Assembly (NCBI GenBank): GCA_019117265.1
Contig: DXAB01000172.1
Span: forward strand, 1-56,774
Source: Candidatus Olsenella pullicola
GTDB lineage: Bacteria > Actinomycetota > Coriobacteriia > Coriobacteriales > Atopobiaceae
Direction of reading: 5' to 3'
Length of the DNA: 56,774 nucleotides
Below are positions 28,754-38,933 of this stretch, one piece after another (positions within the stretch are counted from its first letter, which is position 1; every line of letters starts with the position of its first letter). The translations under genes and the position numbers were made by a program. The notes beneath the pieces are model-generated. The model worked only from the letters and a program-made list of their open reading frames with translations. It made no database searches and was not told the origin of the DNA.

Positions 28754-29839
28754 ATGTCGGTTCTTGGTTCGTATCGCCCGGAAGACGAGCAGGTAAACCC
28801 CTTCAACGCCGGGGAGCCCACGCTGCCGTGGGAAGAGCCCGAGCCCCTTGGGAGCGAGGAGCCCCCCGATGAGCACGACGCCTACGACGAGCCCGAGTAC
28901 GTGGCCCACGGCGAGAAGGGCGGCACGCCCCACAAAGGCGAGGACAACTACCAGGCGCCCACGACGCGCGGTCACGACTACGACGCCCCGTCCATTGACG
29001 GCCACGCGGAGCCCGGCCCAAAACGCAAGGCAGCAAGGCCGCCAAGAAGAACCGCGCGTCCCGGCGGGCAGGCGCCCGCGCCGCCCGAGGCAACGTCTGG
29101 CCAACGCGGCAGAAACCGTGGCTGCCTGATTGCCCTCATCGTCGTTATCCTTGCGTTCAGCGGGCTTGGGGGCGCCGTCGTGAGCTGCGTCTCCTCGCTG
29201 GGAGAGAGCGCCATCGATGGCGTGGGGGCCATCTTCGAGGACGATTCGGGCTACGACGACCTCGAGGACGACTCCGACTCCGACGACTACGAAATCGAGC
29301 ACGAGGAGTCCGAGGGGCAGGACGACGCGGCCGCCGCGGCCGTTGAGGGTGCCCTTACCTACGCCCTCTCGTCGCCTGAGTCCGGCGCGCTTTACGAGCA
29401 GCTCGTCTCCTTCATGGACGAGAAGATCTCTGAGATTGACGGCTACACGACGAGCGAGCTTGGCATCGACGCGGGCACCTGGGCCTCGTGGGCCATCCAG
29501 AACACGTCCCTCTCGATTGACAGCGTCTACACGTACGACGACGGCACGGGCACAGTCTACGTGAGCGGAAGCGCCCCGGACGCCAACTCCTTCATGTGGG
29601 CGCTGAGCGACGAGTACTTTGGGTACCTCATTGACGAGGGCGTGGGGTACGGCGAGCCGCTCTCGGCCGAGAACGTTGCCTATGTTCAGGACGTCTTTGC
29701 CAACATGCTCGAGAGCTATCAGCTCGGAGAGGGCGACGTCGTGTACTGCGGCATCGACGTGACACGGCAGGGTGACGAGTGGGTCGTTGACGACGCCGCG
29801 CTGGCAGATGCCTACGAGGGCATCTACTCGCTCTACTAG
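28754..29839 (+). CDS. Hypothetical single-pass membrane protein, very acidic
   Basis: Pro/acidic N-terminus, TM segment GCLIALIVVILAFSGLGG, D/E-rich C-terminal domain. Confidence 0.7.
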   Translation: MSVLGSYRPEDEQVNPFNAGEPTLPWEEPEPLGSEEPPDEHDAYDEPEYVAHGEKGGTPHKGEDNYQAPTTRGHDYDAPSIDGHAEPGPKRKAARPPRRTARPGGQAPAPPEATSGQRGRNRGCLIALIVVILAFSGLGGAVVSCVSSLGESAIDGVGAIFEDDSGYDDLEDDSDSDDYEIEHEESEGQDDAAAAAVEGALTYALSSPESGALYEQLVSFMDEKISEIDGYTTSELGIDAGTWASWAIQNTSLSIDSVYTYDDGTGTVYVSGSAPDANSFMWALSDEYFGYLIDEGVGYGEPLSAENVAYVQDVFANMLESYQLGEGDVVYCGIDVTRQGDEWVVDDAALADAYEGIYSLY

Positions 29840-29881
29840 GCAACGCCTCGAACCCAGGCAGGCGCACGCACGCAAACGCCT

Positions 29882-30100
29882 GCTTTTGGGTTTTGAACGC
29901 CCTCGCGCTCTTCTCGATGCTGTTTGCGAGAAGGGCCGGGTGGTTTTGGGCAACACTTTTGATGGGGTCTCGGCATCGGGCAGAACGTGCCGAGACGGAA
30001 CCAGCGGGTTCTTCTCGCCGTGTTACGTTTTACCTGGTTATGGGCAACATCTTTGATGTCAAATCAGCGGTGCCATCAAAAGTTCTGCCCAAAACCTCCC
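29882..30100. repeat. Dispersed palindromic element (family E), copy 2
   Basis: Arm at 29942-29965 is 22/24 complementary to 30073-30096; inner hairpin at 30036-30096. Confidence 0.78.
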
Positions 30101-30176
30101 CTTTGCCCATCGGTGCTCAAAACGGCATCACAAGGCGTAGAATGTCTCTCGGCTAAGACCGAGGAGAGGGGAACCC

Positions 30177-31340
30177 ATGGCAGCTGCACCCACCACCACG
30201 CACGTCTCACCCTTTGAGGATGCCCGCGGCAAACTCGGCTTTGGCTGCATGCGCCTGCCCAAGCTCGAGGACGGCGCCATCGACATGGCAACGTTCACGC
30301 AGATGGTCGATGCCTTCCTGGACGGTGGCTTCAACTACTTTGACACGGCACGACCCTATCACTCCGGTGGCTCCGAGCCGGCGCTCGCCCAGGCGCTCAC
30401 CTCGCGCCACGACCGCTCCGAGTTCCTTCTTGCCGACAAGCTCTCCCCCAACGGATTTGAGCGTCGCGAGGACATCCGCCCGCTCATCGAGGACCAGCTG
30501 CGCGCCTGCGGCGTGGACTACTTCGACTTCTACCTCATGCACTCGCAGGGCATGGGCAACTACGAGAAGTACCAGCGCGAGCACGCCTACGAGGAGGCCT
30601 TTGCCGCGCGCGACGCCGGGCTCGTCCGCCACGTGGGCTTCTCGTTCCACAGCAACGCGGCCTTCCTCGACCGCATTCTGACCGACCACCCGGACGTGGA
30701 GTTTGTCCAGCTGCAGGTCAACTACCTCGACTGGGAAAACGGCGTCATCCAGAGCCGCGAGTGCTGCGAGGTTGCCGCCGCACACGGCAAGCCCGTCATC
30801 GTGATGGAGCCCGTCAAGGGCGGGCGCCTGGTCAACCTGCCCGACGAGGCGCGTGAAGTCCTGGCTGCCGCAGGTCCCGGCTCTCCCGCGAGCTTTGCCC
30901 TGCGCTTCGCGGCGGGGCTGCCAGGTGTTGAGATGGTGCTCTCGGGCATGGGCACCCCCGAGATGATTGCCGATAACGTGGCCACGTTCTCCCCGCTCAA
31001 GCCGCTCTCCCCCGCCGAGTGTGAAGCCATCGCGCACGTAACTCAGATTCTGCGCGGCCAGAACGCCATCGAGTGCACGGCGTGCCGCTACTGCGTGGAC
31101 GGCTGCCCCAAGAAGATCAACATCCCCGACGTCTTCTCCTGCCTCAACGCCAAGCGCGCCTACGGCGAAGACTCCGCCGCCTTCTACTACAAGTCCGTTC
31201 ACACGGGCCACGGCCACGGTCTGGCCTCCGAGTGCATCGGCTGCGGCGCCTGTGAGCGCGCGTGCCCGCAGCACCTGCCCATCCGCGAGCTGCTGCGCGA
31301 GGTTGCCGCCGAGTTTGAGACCGAGCGGCAGGGCGCGTGA
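30177..31340 (+). CDS. Aldo/keto reductase with C-terminal 4Fe-4S dicluster domain
   Basis: LGFGCMRLP, YFDTARPY, MEPVKGG; CTACRYCVDGCP and CIGCGACERACP. Confidence 0.9.
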   Translation: MAAAPTTTHVSPFEDARGKLGFGCMRLPKLEDGAIDMATFTQMVDAFLDGGFNYFDTARPYHSGGSEPALAQALTSRHDRSEFLLADKLSPNGFERREDIRPLIEDQLRACGVDYFDFYLMHSQGMGNYEKYQREHAYEEAFAARDAGLVRHVGFSFHSNAAFLDRILTDHPDVEFVQLQVNYLDWENGVIQSRECCEVAAAHGKPVIVMEPVKGGRLVNLPDEAREVLAAAGPGSPASFALRFAAGLPGVEMVLSGMGTPEMIADNVATFSPLKPLSPAECEAIAHVTQILRGQNAIECTACRYCVDGCPKKINIPDVFSCLNAKRAYGEDSAAFYYKSVHTGHGHGLASECIGCGACERACPQHLPIRELLREVAAEFETERQGA

Positions 31341-31450
31341 AGCAAGCAACACACGTGACAAATGGGTCACGTTCTTCTCGCGCGTGAATACGAGCGTGGG
31401 GAGCGGGGAACAAAAGAGTGTCTGAACATCCAGGAGACCCGGGAGGCCCC

Positions 31451-32431
31451 ATGAACGAGATGAACAGCGAGAAGAACGTTGCCCCCGAGCTCAGCGGCAG
31501 CTTTGCTGCCTCCAGCATCTTTGAGGTGGGCAGGGCCCATCACGAGCTGATTCCCGCCGCTGACGGCCCCCTGCCCATAGAGGGACGCCTGCGCAAGGCC
31601 CCGCTGCGCGTGCCTGAGAACTACGAGGAGTGCAGCGGCTTCACGCTCTTTGGTCGGCGCATCCGAACGCTGCTCTACTCGACCGACGTAGCCGCCATCC
31701 GCAACTCCAACGCCGACGCCATCTTTGCCGTCTACCCGTTCACCGCCCAGCCCGCCATCACGGCCGCGCTGCTCACGGTGGCCGAGGCCCCGCTCTTTGT
31801 GGGCGTGGGCGGCGGCACCACCACGGGAAGGCGCGCGGCGGAGCTCGCCGCCGTCTCCGAGATGCAGGGTGCCGCGGGCGTGGTCCTCAACTCTCCCGCC
31901 ACGGTAGAGATGGTCGCCCAGGTGGTCTCCACCGTTGACATCCCCGTGGTGGCAACGATCACGCGCTTTGACAACGAGGCCGCCGAGAAGGTCCAGGCCG
32001 GCGCCCGCATCATCAACGTTGCCGCAGGCCGGCGCACGCCCGAGGTCATCGCCGAGCTGCGCGCCGCCTTCCCCGCGCTGCCCATCATCGCCACGGGCGG
32101 CAAGGACGACGATACCTCGACCGCAACCATCGCCGCGGGCGCCAACGCGCTCATCTGGGCGCCGCCCAGCGTTGTTGAGCTGCAGCGTGACATGATGGTG
32201 CGCTATCGCGAGAAGGCCGAGGCCACCGCGGAGGAGACCGGCGAGGAGCGCCCCGTCGCCACCGTCGTGCCCGACATCACGGACATGCCGGTCGCCGACG
32301 TGCCCACCGGGGTCGTGGAGAGCGTGCCTCCCGAGGTCGAGAAGGCCGTGCAGATCGGCGAGGAGGACTTCGTGAGCCCGTACCGCGGCCGCCTCCCACG
32401 GCTGCCGTTCTTCGGCCGTAGGACACGATAG
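31451..32431 (+). CDS. Uncharacterised TIM-barrel-like protein ('hydrolase'-type) with N- and C-terminal extensions
   Basis: STDVAAIRNSNADAIFAVYPFT, GVGGGTTTG, PIIATGG and AGANALI motifs. Confidence 0.65.
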   Translation: MNEMNSEKNVAPELSGSFAASSIFEVGRAHHELIPAADGPLPIEGRLRKAPLRVPENYEECSGFTLFGRRIRTLLYSTDVAAIRNSNADAIFAVYPFTAQPAITAALLTVAEAPLFVGVGGGTTTGRRAAELAAVSEMQGAAGVVLNSPATVEMVAQVVSTVDIPVVATITRFDNEAAEKVQAGARIINVAAGRRTPEVIAELRAAFPALPIIATGGKDDDTSTATIAAGANALIWAPPSVVELQRDMMVRYREKAEATAEETGEERPVATVVPDITDMPVADVPTGVVESVPPEVEKAVQIGEEDFVSPYRGRLPRLPFFGRRTR

Positions 32432-32472
32432 CGGCGGCGCGCACTTCTCAGCAGGCCCTGCTCGCTTTCTGG

Positions 32473-32583
32473 CCCCTCCCAAACCCACATAATTGGCCCC
32501 AAACCGTAGGCGTAAGAGGGAGTAAGCCACCTGAACCCTCCCAAACCCGCATTCCAGCGAAACAAACGCGGGTTTGGGAGGGT
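32473..32583. repeat. Hairpin doublet (family F) downstream of the nuclease gene
   Basis: Perfect ACCCTCCCAAACCCGC-N17-GCGGGTTTGGGAGGGT at 32535-32583; a degenerate unit lies 62 bp earlier. Confidence 0.88.
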
Positions 32584-32602
32584 CTTTTCGTTCTGTCCGC
32601 AC

Positions 32603-33634
32603 TCAGCGCCTAAGCAGCGACGGCCAGCTGATCGTCGGCGTCTCCCCGGAGCGCGCGAGAGGCGAGCCTTGTCGCGGCACACCATAGAAGTCCAGCTTGC
32701 GAACAAGCTCGCAGGTGCCCGCCGCCTCCTCAAACGTGAAGCGGACCACTGAGACGTCGTATGCCGTGATGAGCCCCTCTCGCCTTCGCTGCTCGTCAAG
32801 GACCTGCCGCGGAGACTTCCCCTTTGCGAGCTCGGGATCGACCAGCTTCTTCCTTCCGTCGCACTCCCCCACGATAACGCGGCCGTCCGCGCGCACCCAG
32901 ACAAAGTCAACACGAAACCATCTGTTGGAGTGAAGCGGATCTGGAACCCATGTCTGCAGGTCGGGAAGCATGAAGCCCTGCTCGATCATCACGGCGCGCG
33001 CAATGGACTCGCCACCGCTCTCGGCGCGTCCGTCGGCGCCCGAAAGCGTCTCGAGCGCTCGGCCAACACCGCGGCAGCACCCCTTGAGAGACTTGAAGTA
33101 ACTGGTCATCGCATCTTTTCCGCCCGGAACGCGAGCCACCGCAAAGTCCGCAACGACCATCCCCTCGCGAAAGCTCAGCCAGCGAAGGCAGTCAAACGCT
33201 GTGCGCCGCAGCGAGGTCACCCTCACCCCCGAGCGCACCACCGGCTGGTCGCCCGAGCAGTCAACCGCATGCCAGACGAGAGCGTCCGAGCGCACTGACC
33301 AGCTCTTTCTTGGAGCCACGACATGTGTCTTGCCCAGCAGCCCCCACGAGACGTCCGCGCCGTGCGCGAGGGCCGCCGAGACCCCGCAGAACACCCAGTC
33401 CGGGTGGAGCTGCTGAAGTCCGCACATGATGGCGAGCGCCCGACCGTCCGGCCTGAGCGCTTCCCACCAGCTCGCCCTGGCGTACATGCCGCGTTCCGGC
33501 GAAACGATCCCGCCCACACCCATGCGTCTGCGCAGCGCGGCACGCACCCGCTCCGTCTTTGGCACAAGACACGCCCCGCTCGCCTGCGCCCCGTCCAGCT
33601 GCGCCGACAGCTCGCTCTCAATCTTCTTGCCCAT
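32603..33634 (-). CDS. AbiEi-like N-terminal domain fused to a Vsr/DUF559-like PD-(D/E)xK putative endonuclease
   Basis: FCGVSAALAHG and VTSLRRTAFDC (AbiEi-like); AESGGES..PDLQ..FRVDFVW..GECDGRKK..VVRFT (DUF559-like); start MGKKIES after GGAGGT RBS. Confidence 0.75.
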   Translation of the reverse strand: MGKKIESELSAQLDGAQASGACLVPKTERVRAALRRRMGVGGIVSPERGMYARASWWEALRPDGRALAIMCGLQQLHPDWVFCGVSAALAHGADVSWGLLGKTHVVAPRKSWSVRSDALVWHAVDCSGDQPVVRSGVRVTSLRRTAFDCLRWLSFREGMVVADFAVARVPGGKDAMTSYFKSLKGCCRGVGRALETLSGADGRAESGGESIARAVMIEQGFMLPDLQTWVPDPLHSNRWFRVDFVWVRADGRVIVGECDGRKKLVDPELAKGKSPRQVLDEQRRREGLITAYDVSVVRFTFEEAAGTCELVRKLDFYGVPRQGSPLARSGETPTISWPSLLRR

Positions 33635-33837
33635 GGCGCCCCACCTCCTGCGCGCATTGTCTCCAGATTGCGGCGGAAAATGGGGGTGGACGCTCGCGCC
33701 CTTTGTGCGGGCGGGCACAAAAGAGGGCCTTTGAGCTGCGACGGTACGGAACGGAACATATGCTGGCAGATTCGTGGAAGATTCGCCGACGGCGCGCTTG
33801 CGCGGCGAGCGGCACATAACGGAGCGTGGGGACGCAG

Positions 33838-33947
33838 CCCATCCCAAACCTCGGTTCTTCTCGCCAGTCTGCGGGTTTGGGAGGGTTCAGCCTGCTTAAA
33901 CCCTCTCAAATCTACGGATTCGCGAGAAGAACGAAGGTTTGAGAGGG
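33838..33947. repeat. Hairpin doublet (family F) upstream of the nuclease gene, inverted relative to the left doublet
   Basis: CCCaTCCCAAACC..GGTTTGGGAGGG-ttcagcctgcttaaa-CCCTCTCAAA..TTTGAGAGGG. Confidence 0.88.
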
Positions 33948-34050
33948 GCTAACCAAAGGAGACCGAGGAAGTTTTCAGGCGAGCGGCGCAGAATGCGCTC
34001 CGAGCGTGCATAATGGGGAGAACTATATCCGCGACGCGAGAGGGGCACGC

Positions 34051-34629
34051 ATGCAGGAGCTTGAGGACCGCATCCGCAGGGACGGGATCGTACGCGAGGG
34101 CAATGTCCTCAAGGTCGACAACTTCCTCAATCATCAGTGCGACGTTGCCCTTTACGACCACATGGGAGCCGAGTGGGCTCGCCTCTTTGCCGGCAAGCGC
34201 ATCGACAAGATCCTCACCATCGAGGCCTCCGGCATTGGCATCGCGTGCGTGGCGGCCACGCACTTTGGCGGCGTTCCCGTGGTCTTTGCGCGCAAGACCG
34301 AGTCCAAGAACATGGACGGAGACCAGTACCGCACCAACATCAAGAGCTACACCAAGGGCCGCGAGTACCAGGTCATCGTTGCCAAGCGCTTCCTCACGCC
34401 CGGCGAACACGTGCTCATCATCGACGACTTCATGGCCATGGGCTGCGCGATGAACGGCCTGCTCGAGATCTGCGACGAGGCGGGCGTCATCGTCGAGGGC
34501 ATTGGCATCGCCATCGAGAAGGGCTTCCAGCCCGGTGGCTCCAGCCTGCGCGAGCGTGGCTACCAGGTTGAGTCGCTCGCCGTCGTGAAGTCGATGGACG
34601 CCGAGACCGGCGAGATAGAGTTCGCGTAG
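34051..34629 (+). CDS. xpt: Xanthine phosphoribosyltransferase
   Basis: [35 protein letters not shown] and IAIEKGFQ motifs. Confidence 0.92.
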   Translation: MQELEDRIRRDGIVREGNVLKVDNFLNHQCDVALYDHMGAEWARLFAGKRIDKILTIEASGIGIACVAATHFGGVPVVFARKTESKNMDGDQYRTNIKSYTKGREYQVIVAKRFLTPGEHVLIIDDFMAMGCAMNGLLEICDEAGVIVEGIGIAIEKGFQPGGSSLRERGYQVESLAVVKSMDAETGEIEFA

Positions 34630-34651
34630 ACGCCTCGCTGCCTCGCTTCTT

Positions 34652-34838
34652 TTGAACCTTCCCAAGCCCACGTTTTTCTCGCCAGAACGCAGGTTTGGGA
34701 GGGTTCAACTTGCTTAATGCCGCTCATACCCACAAACCTGCAGCAAAAACAAAGGTTAGGGAGGGTCTTGGCCGTGTTGCGAGAAGCGCGCGTTTGGGAG
34801 GGCCTTGGCCGTGTTGCGAGAAGCGCGCGCTCCCAAAA
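34652..34838. repeat. Family F hairpin doublet plus a tandem duplication with 37-bp period
   Basis: TTGAACCtTCCCAAgCC..GGTTTGGGAGGGTTCAA; CTTGGCCGTGTTGCGAGAAGCGCGCG at 34767 and 34804. Confidence 0.85.
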
Positions 34839-34844
34839 TATCTG

Positions 34845-34904
34845 TTGACATATGAACATATGCTCATATAATCAATCTCAGATAACACATGAGCGCATGC
34901 TCAT
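34845..34904 (+). promoter_or_regulatory. Sigma70-type promoter with ArsR/SmtB operator palindromes
   Basis: TTGACA (34845)-N16-TATAAT (34867), overlapped by ATATGAACATATGCTCATAT; second box ATGAGCGCATGCTCAT at 34889-34904. Confidence 0.8.
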
Positions 34905-34923
34905 ACGTTCAAAAGGGAGCACC

Positions 34924-35247
34924 ATGGCAGACGAGCTCACCATTGGCGAGAAGCCCGACGAGATGCCGGACGAAGAGCTGCTCTATGACCTCGCCGACCT
35001 CTTCAAAGTTTTCAGCGACACCACGCGGATCAAGATCCTCTTTGCCCTCATGGGCCGCGAGCTCTGCGTGGCAGATATCGCCGAGCAGACCGGCACCACT
35101 CAAAGCGCCGTCTCGCACCAGCTGCGCACGCTGAAGCAGTCGCATCTGGTGAAGTTTGAGCGCGACGGCCGCAACGTGGTCTACTCGCTTGCCGATGACC
35201 ACGTCTACACGATGCTCAGCCAGGGAATGTCTCACATCTGCGAGTAG
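34924..35247 (+). CDS. ArsR/SmtB family metal-sensing repressor
   Basis: LADLFKVFSDTTRIKIL, ELCVADIA, SAVSHQLRTL, YSLADDHV (alpha5-type site). Confidence 0.92.
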   Translation: MADELTIGEKPDEMPDEELLYDLADLFKVFSDTTRIKILFALMGRELCVADIAEQTGTTQSAVSHQLRTLKQSHLVKFERDGRNVVYSLADDHVYTMLSQGMSHICE

Positions 35248-35296
35248 CCGTCGCACCACCACGGGCGCAACGGCATGTTTGGAGAAAGGAACCCCC

Positions 35297-35515
35297 ATGC
35301 GTAAGTCATTCAAGCTCGACGAGATCGACTGCGCCAACTGCGCGCAGAAGCTTCAGGACGCCATCTCCAAGGTCGAGGGCGTCGAGCGGGCCAGCGTGAA
35401 CTTCCTCACCCAGAAGCTCACGCTCACCGCGGCGGACGACGCTTTCGACGACGTCCTCGACCGCGTTGTCGCCCTTACCGCCGACCTTGAGCCGGACTGC
35501 GAGATCGTCCGCTAG
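35297..35515 (+). CDS. Heavy-metal-associated (HMA) domain protein
   Basis: IDCANCA motif, 72 aa, directly upstream of the P1B ATPase. Confidence 0.85.
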   Translation: MRKSFKLDEIDCANCAQKLQDAISKVEGVERASVNFLTQKLTLTAADDAFDDVLDRVVALTADLEPDCEIVR

Positions 35516-35592
35516 GCACTCGGCCGCCCCGCGCGGCCTTTCTCGTAGATTTCATATGTACGTATGTTCATAAGTTCATTTGGAGAGGAAAC

Positions 35593-37497
<1,905 letters not shown>

Positions 37498-37520
37498 GAA
37501 GGGCATGACAAGCAACAAGG

Positions 37521-37558
37521 GACGAGGGGGGCGTGGCAATCGGCTACGTCCCCTCGTC
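37521..37558. terminator. Hairpin between convergent genes
   Basis: GACGAGGGG...CCCCTCGTC. Confidence 0.55.
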
Positions 37559-37571
37559 ACATCATGCTTTG

Positions 37572-38819
37572 CTACAGGCGCTCGAGCTTGGCGCGGATGA
37601 TGCGCCGGACGGACTCGTCGATGCGCGCCTCGGTGAGCTCGCCCGCCTTGACGGCGTCGAGGATGCCCTGGTGGGCGGCATCGAGGTCGGCGGGCATCAG
37701 CACGATGTCCACGCCGGCGCGGACGGCCTCGACGCCGAGGCGCTCGGTGGGCAGCGAGTCGGTGGCGGCGCCCATGGCCATCGAGTCGGTGATGATGATC
37801 CCCTCGTAGCCCAGCTCCTTGCGCAGGAGGTCCGTCACGATCTCGCCCGAGATGCTCGCCGGGTCGTCGTCGCCGGTGACCTCCGGCATCGAGAGATGCC
37901 CCACCATCACGAACGGCACGTCGGCCTCGATGGCCGCCTCGAAGGGCCTCAGCTCCTCGTCGCGGATCTCGTCGAGCGTCTTCTGGGAGTAGATCTTCGT
38001 GCTGTGTGAGTCGCCCACGGCGCCGCCGATGCCCGGGAAGTGCTTGGCCGCGCACAGCACGCCGCCCTCGGCAAAGCCCCGCACCTGGGCCTCGACCATC
38101 GGGGCGACCACGTCGGCGGAGGAGCCGAAGGAGCGCAGGCGCATCGTGTCGCTGTCGGGGTTGTTGGCGATGTCGGCGACCGGCGCAAAGTCCACGTTGA
38201 AGCCGAGGTAGTCGAGATAGGTCGCGATGTGCCGCGCGACCTCGTAGGCCTCGTCGGTGTCGCCGGTCGCGCCCACGTCGCGCATGTCGCCCACGTTGTC
38301 CACGCCAAAGCCCGGGTTGCCTCCCACGCGCGAGACCGTCCCGCCCTCCTCGTCTACGCAGAGAAACAGCGGCAGCCCGCTGGCCTCCTCGCCGTACGAG
38401 AGGGTGTTGGAGAGCATCGAGCGCGTCTGGTCCGCGTCCACGAGGTTCTGCGCAAAGTAGCAGATGCCCGCGACGGGACGGTCCAGCAGCGCCTTTCGCG
38501 TCGTCTCCCCCGCTGCCGTCTGAACGCCCACGCCGGTCACGTCCTCGGGGCGGACCACGAAGAGCTGCCAGACCTTCTGCTCGAGCGACAGGGTGGCGAG
38601 AAGGGCCTCGACCTCGTCGTCGCGCACGACGCCCGGAGCCTCGTCGGGCTCGGCCGCAGTCGCGGGCGCGCTGCCCTTCTCGGCCTCCGTTCGATCGCTC
38701 ACCGTGGGCGGCTCCGTCGCGGGAGCACCCCCGGTAGCACAGCCCTCCAGCACGAGCCCCAGGCAGGAGGCGGCCGCGGCTGTGACCTGTCGGCGGGTGG
38801 CGAGAACGCGTCGGCTCAT
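37572..38819 (-). CDS. GH3 beta-N-acetylhexosaminidase (NagZ-like), predicted lipoprotein
   Basis: VDEEGGTVSR, FAPVAD, KHFPGIG..DSH, IITDSMAM; N-terminal RR signal and LEGC lipobox-like motif. Confidence 0.87.
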   Translation of the reverse strand: MSRRVLATRRQVTAAAASCLGLVLEGCATGGAPATEPPTVSDRTEAEKGSAPATAAEPDEAPGVVRDDEVEALLATLSLEQKVWQLFVVRPEDVTGVGVQTAAGETTRKALLDRPVAGICYFAQNLVDADQTRSMLSNTLSYGEEASGLPLFLCVDEEGGTVSRVGGNPGFGVDNVGDMRDVGATGDTDEAYEVARHIATYLDYLGFNVDFAPVADIANNPDSDTMRLRSFGSSADVVAPMVEAQVRGFAEGGVLCAAKHFPGIGGAVGDSHSTKIYSQKTLDEIRDEELRPFEAAIEADVPFVMVGHLSMPEVTGDDDPASISGEIVTDLLRKELGYEGIIITDSMAMGAATDSLPTERLGVEAVRAGVDIVLMPADLDAAHQGILDAVKAGELTEARIDESVRRIIRAKLERL

Positions 38820-38933
38820 GGGGGTCTCCTCTCTCGGTCGCGCCGCACGGGCGGCGCGCGGGCACCCATTGTGCCGCACGACAACCCGGTCGGACAGCGC
38901 TCAACGCACCGTTGAGCGCCGCCCACGACCGGC

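Noticed and set aside
32603-33634. Type IV AbiE toxin-antitoxin pair or insertion sequence
   Set aside because: There is no adjacent AbiEii nucleotidyltransferase, no DDE or HUH motif, and no target-site duplication.
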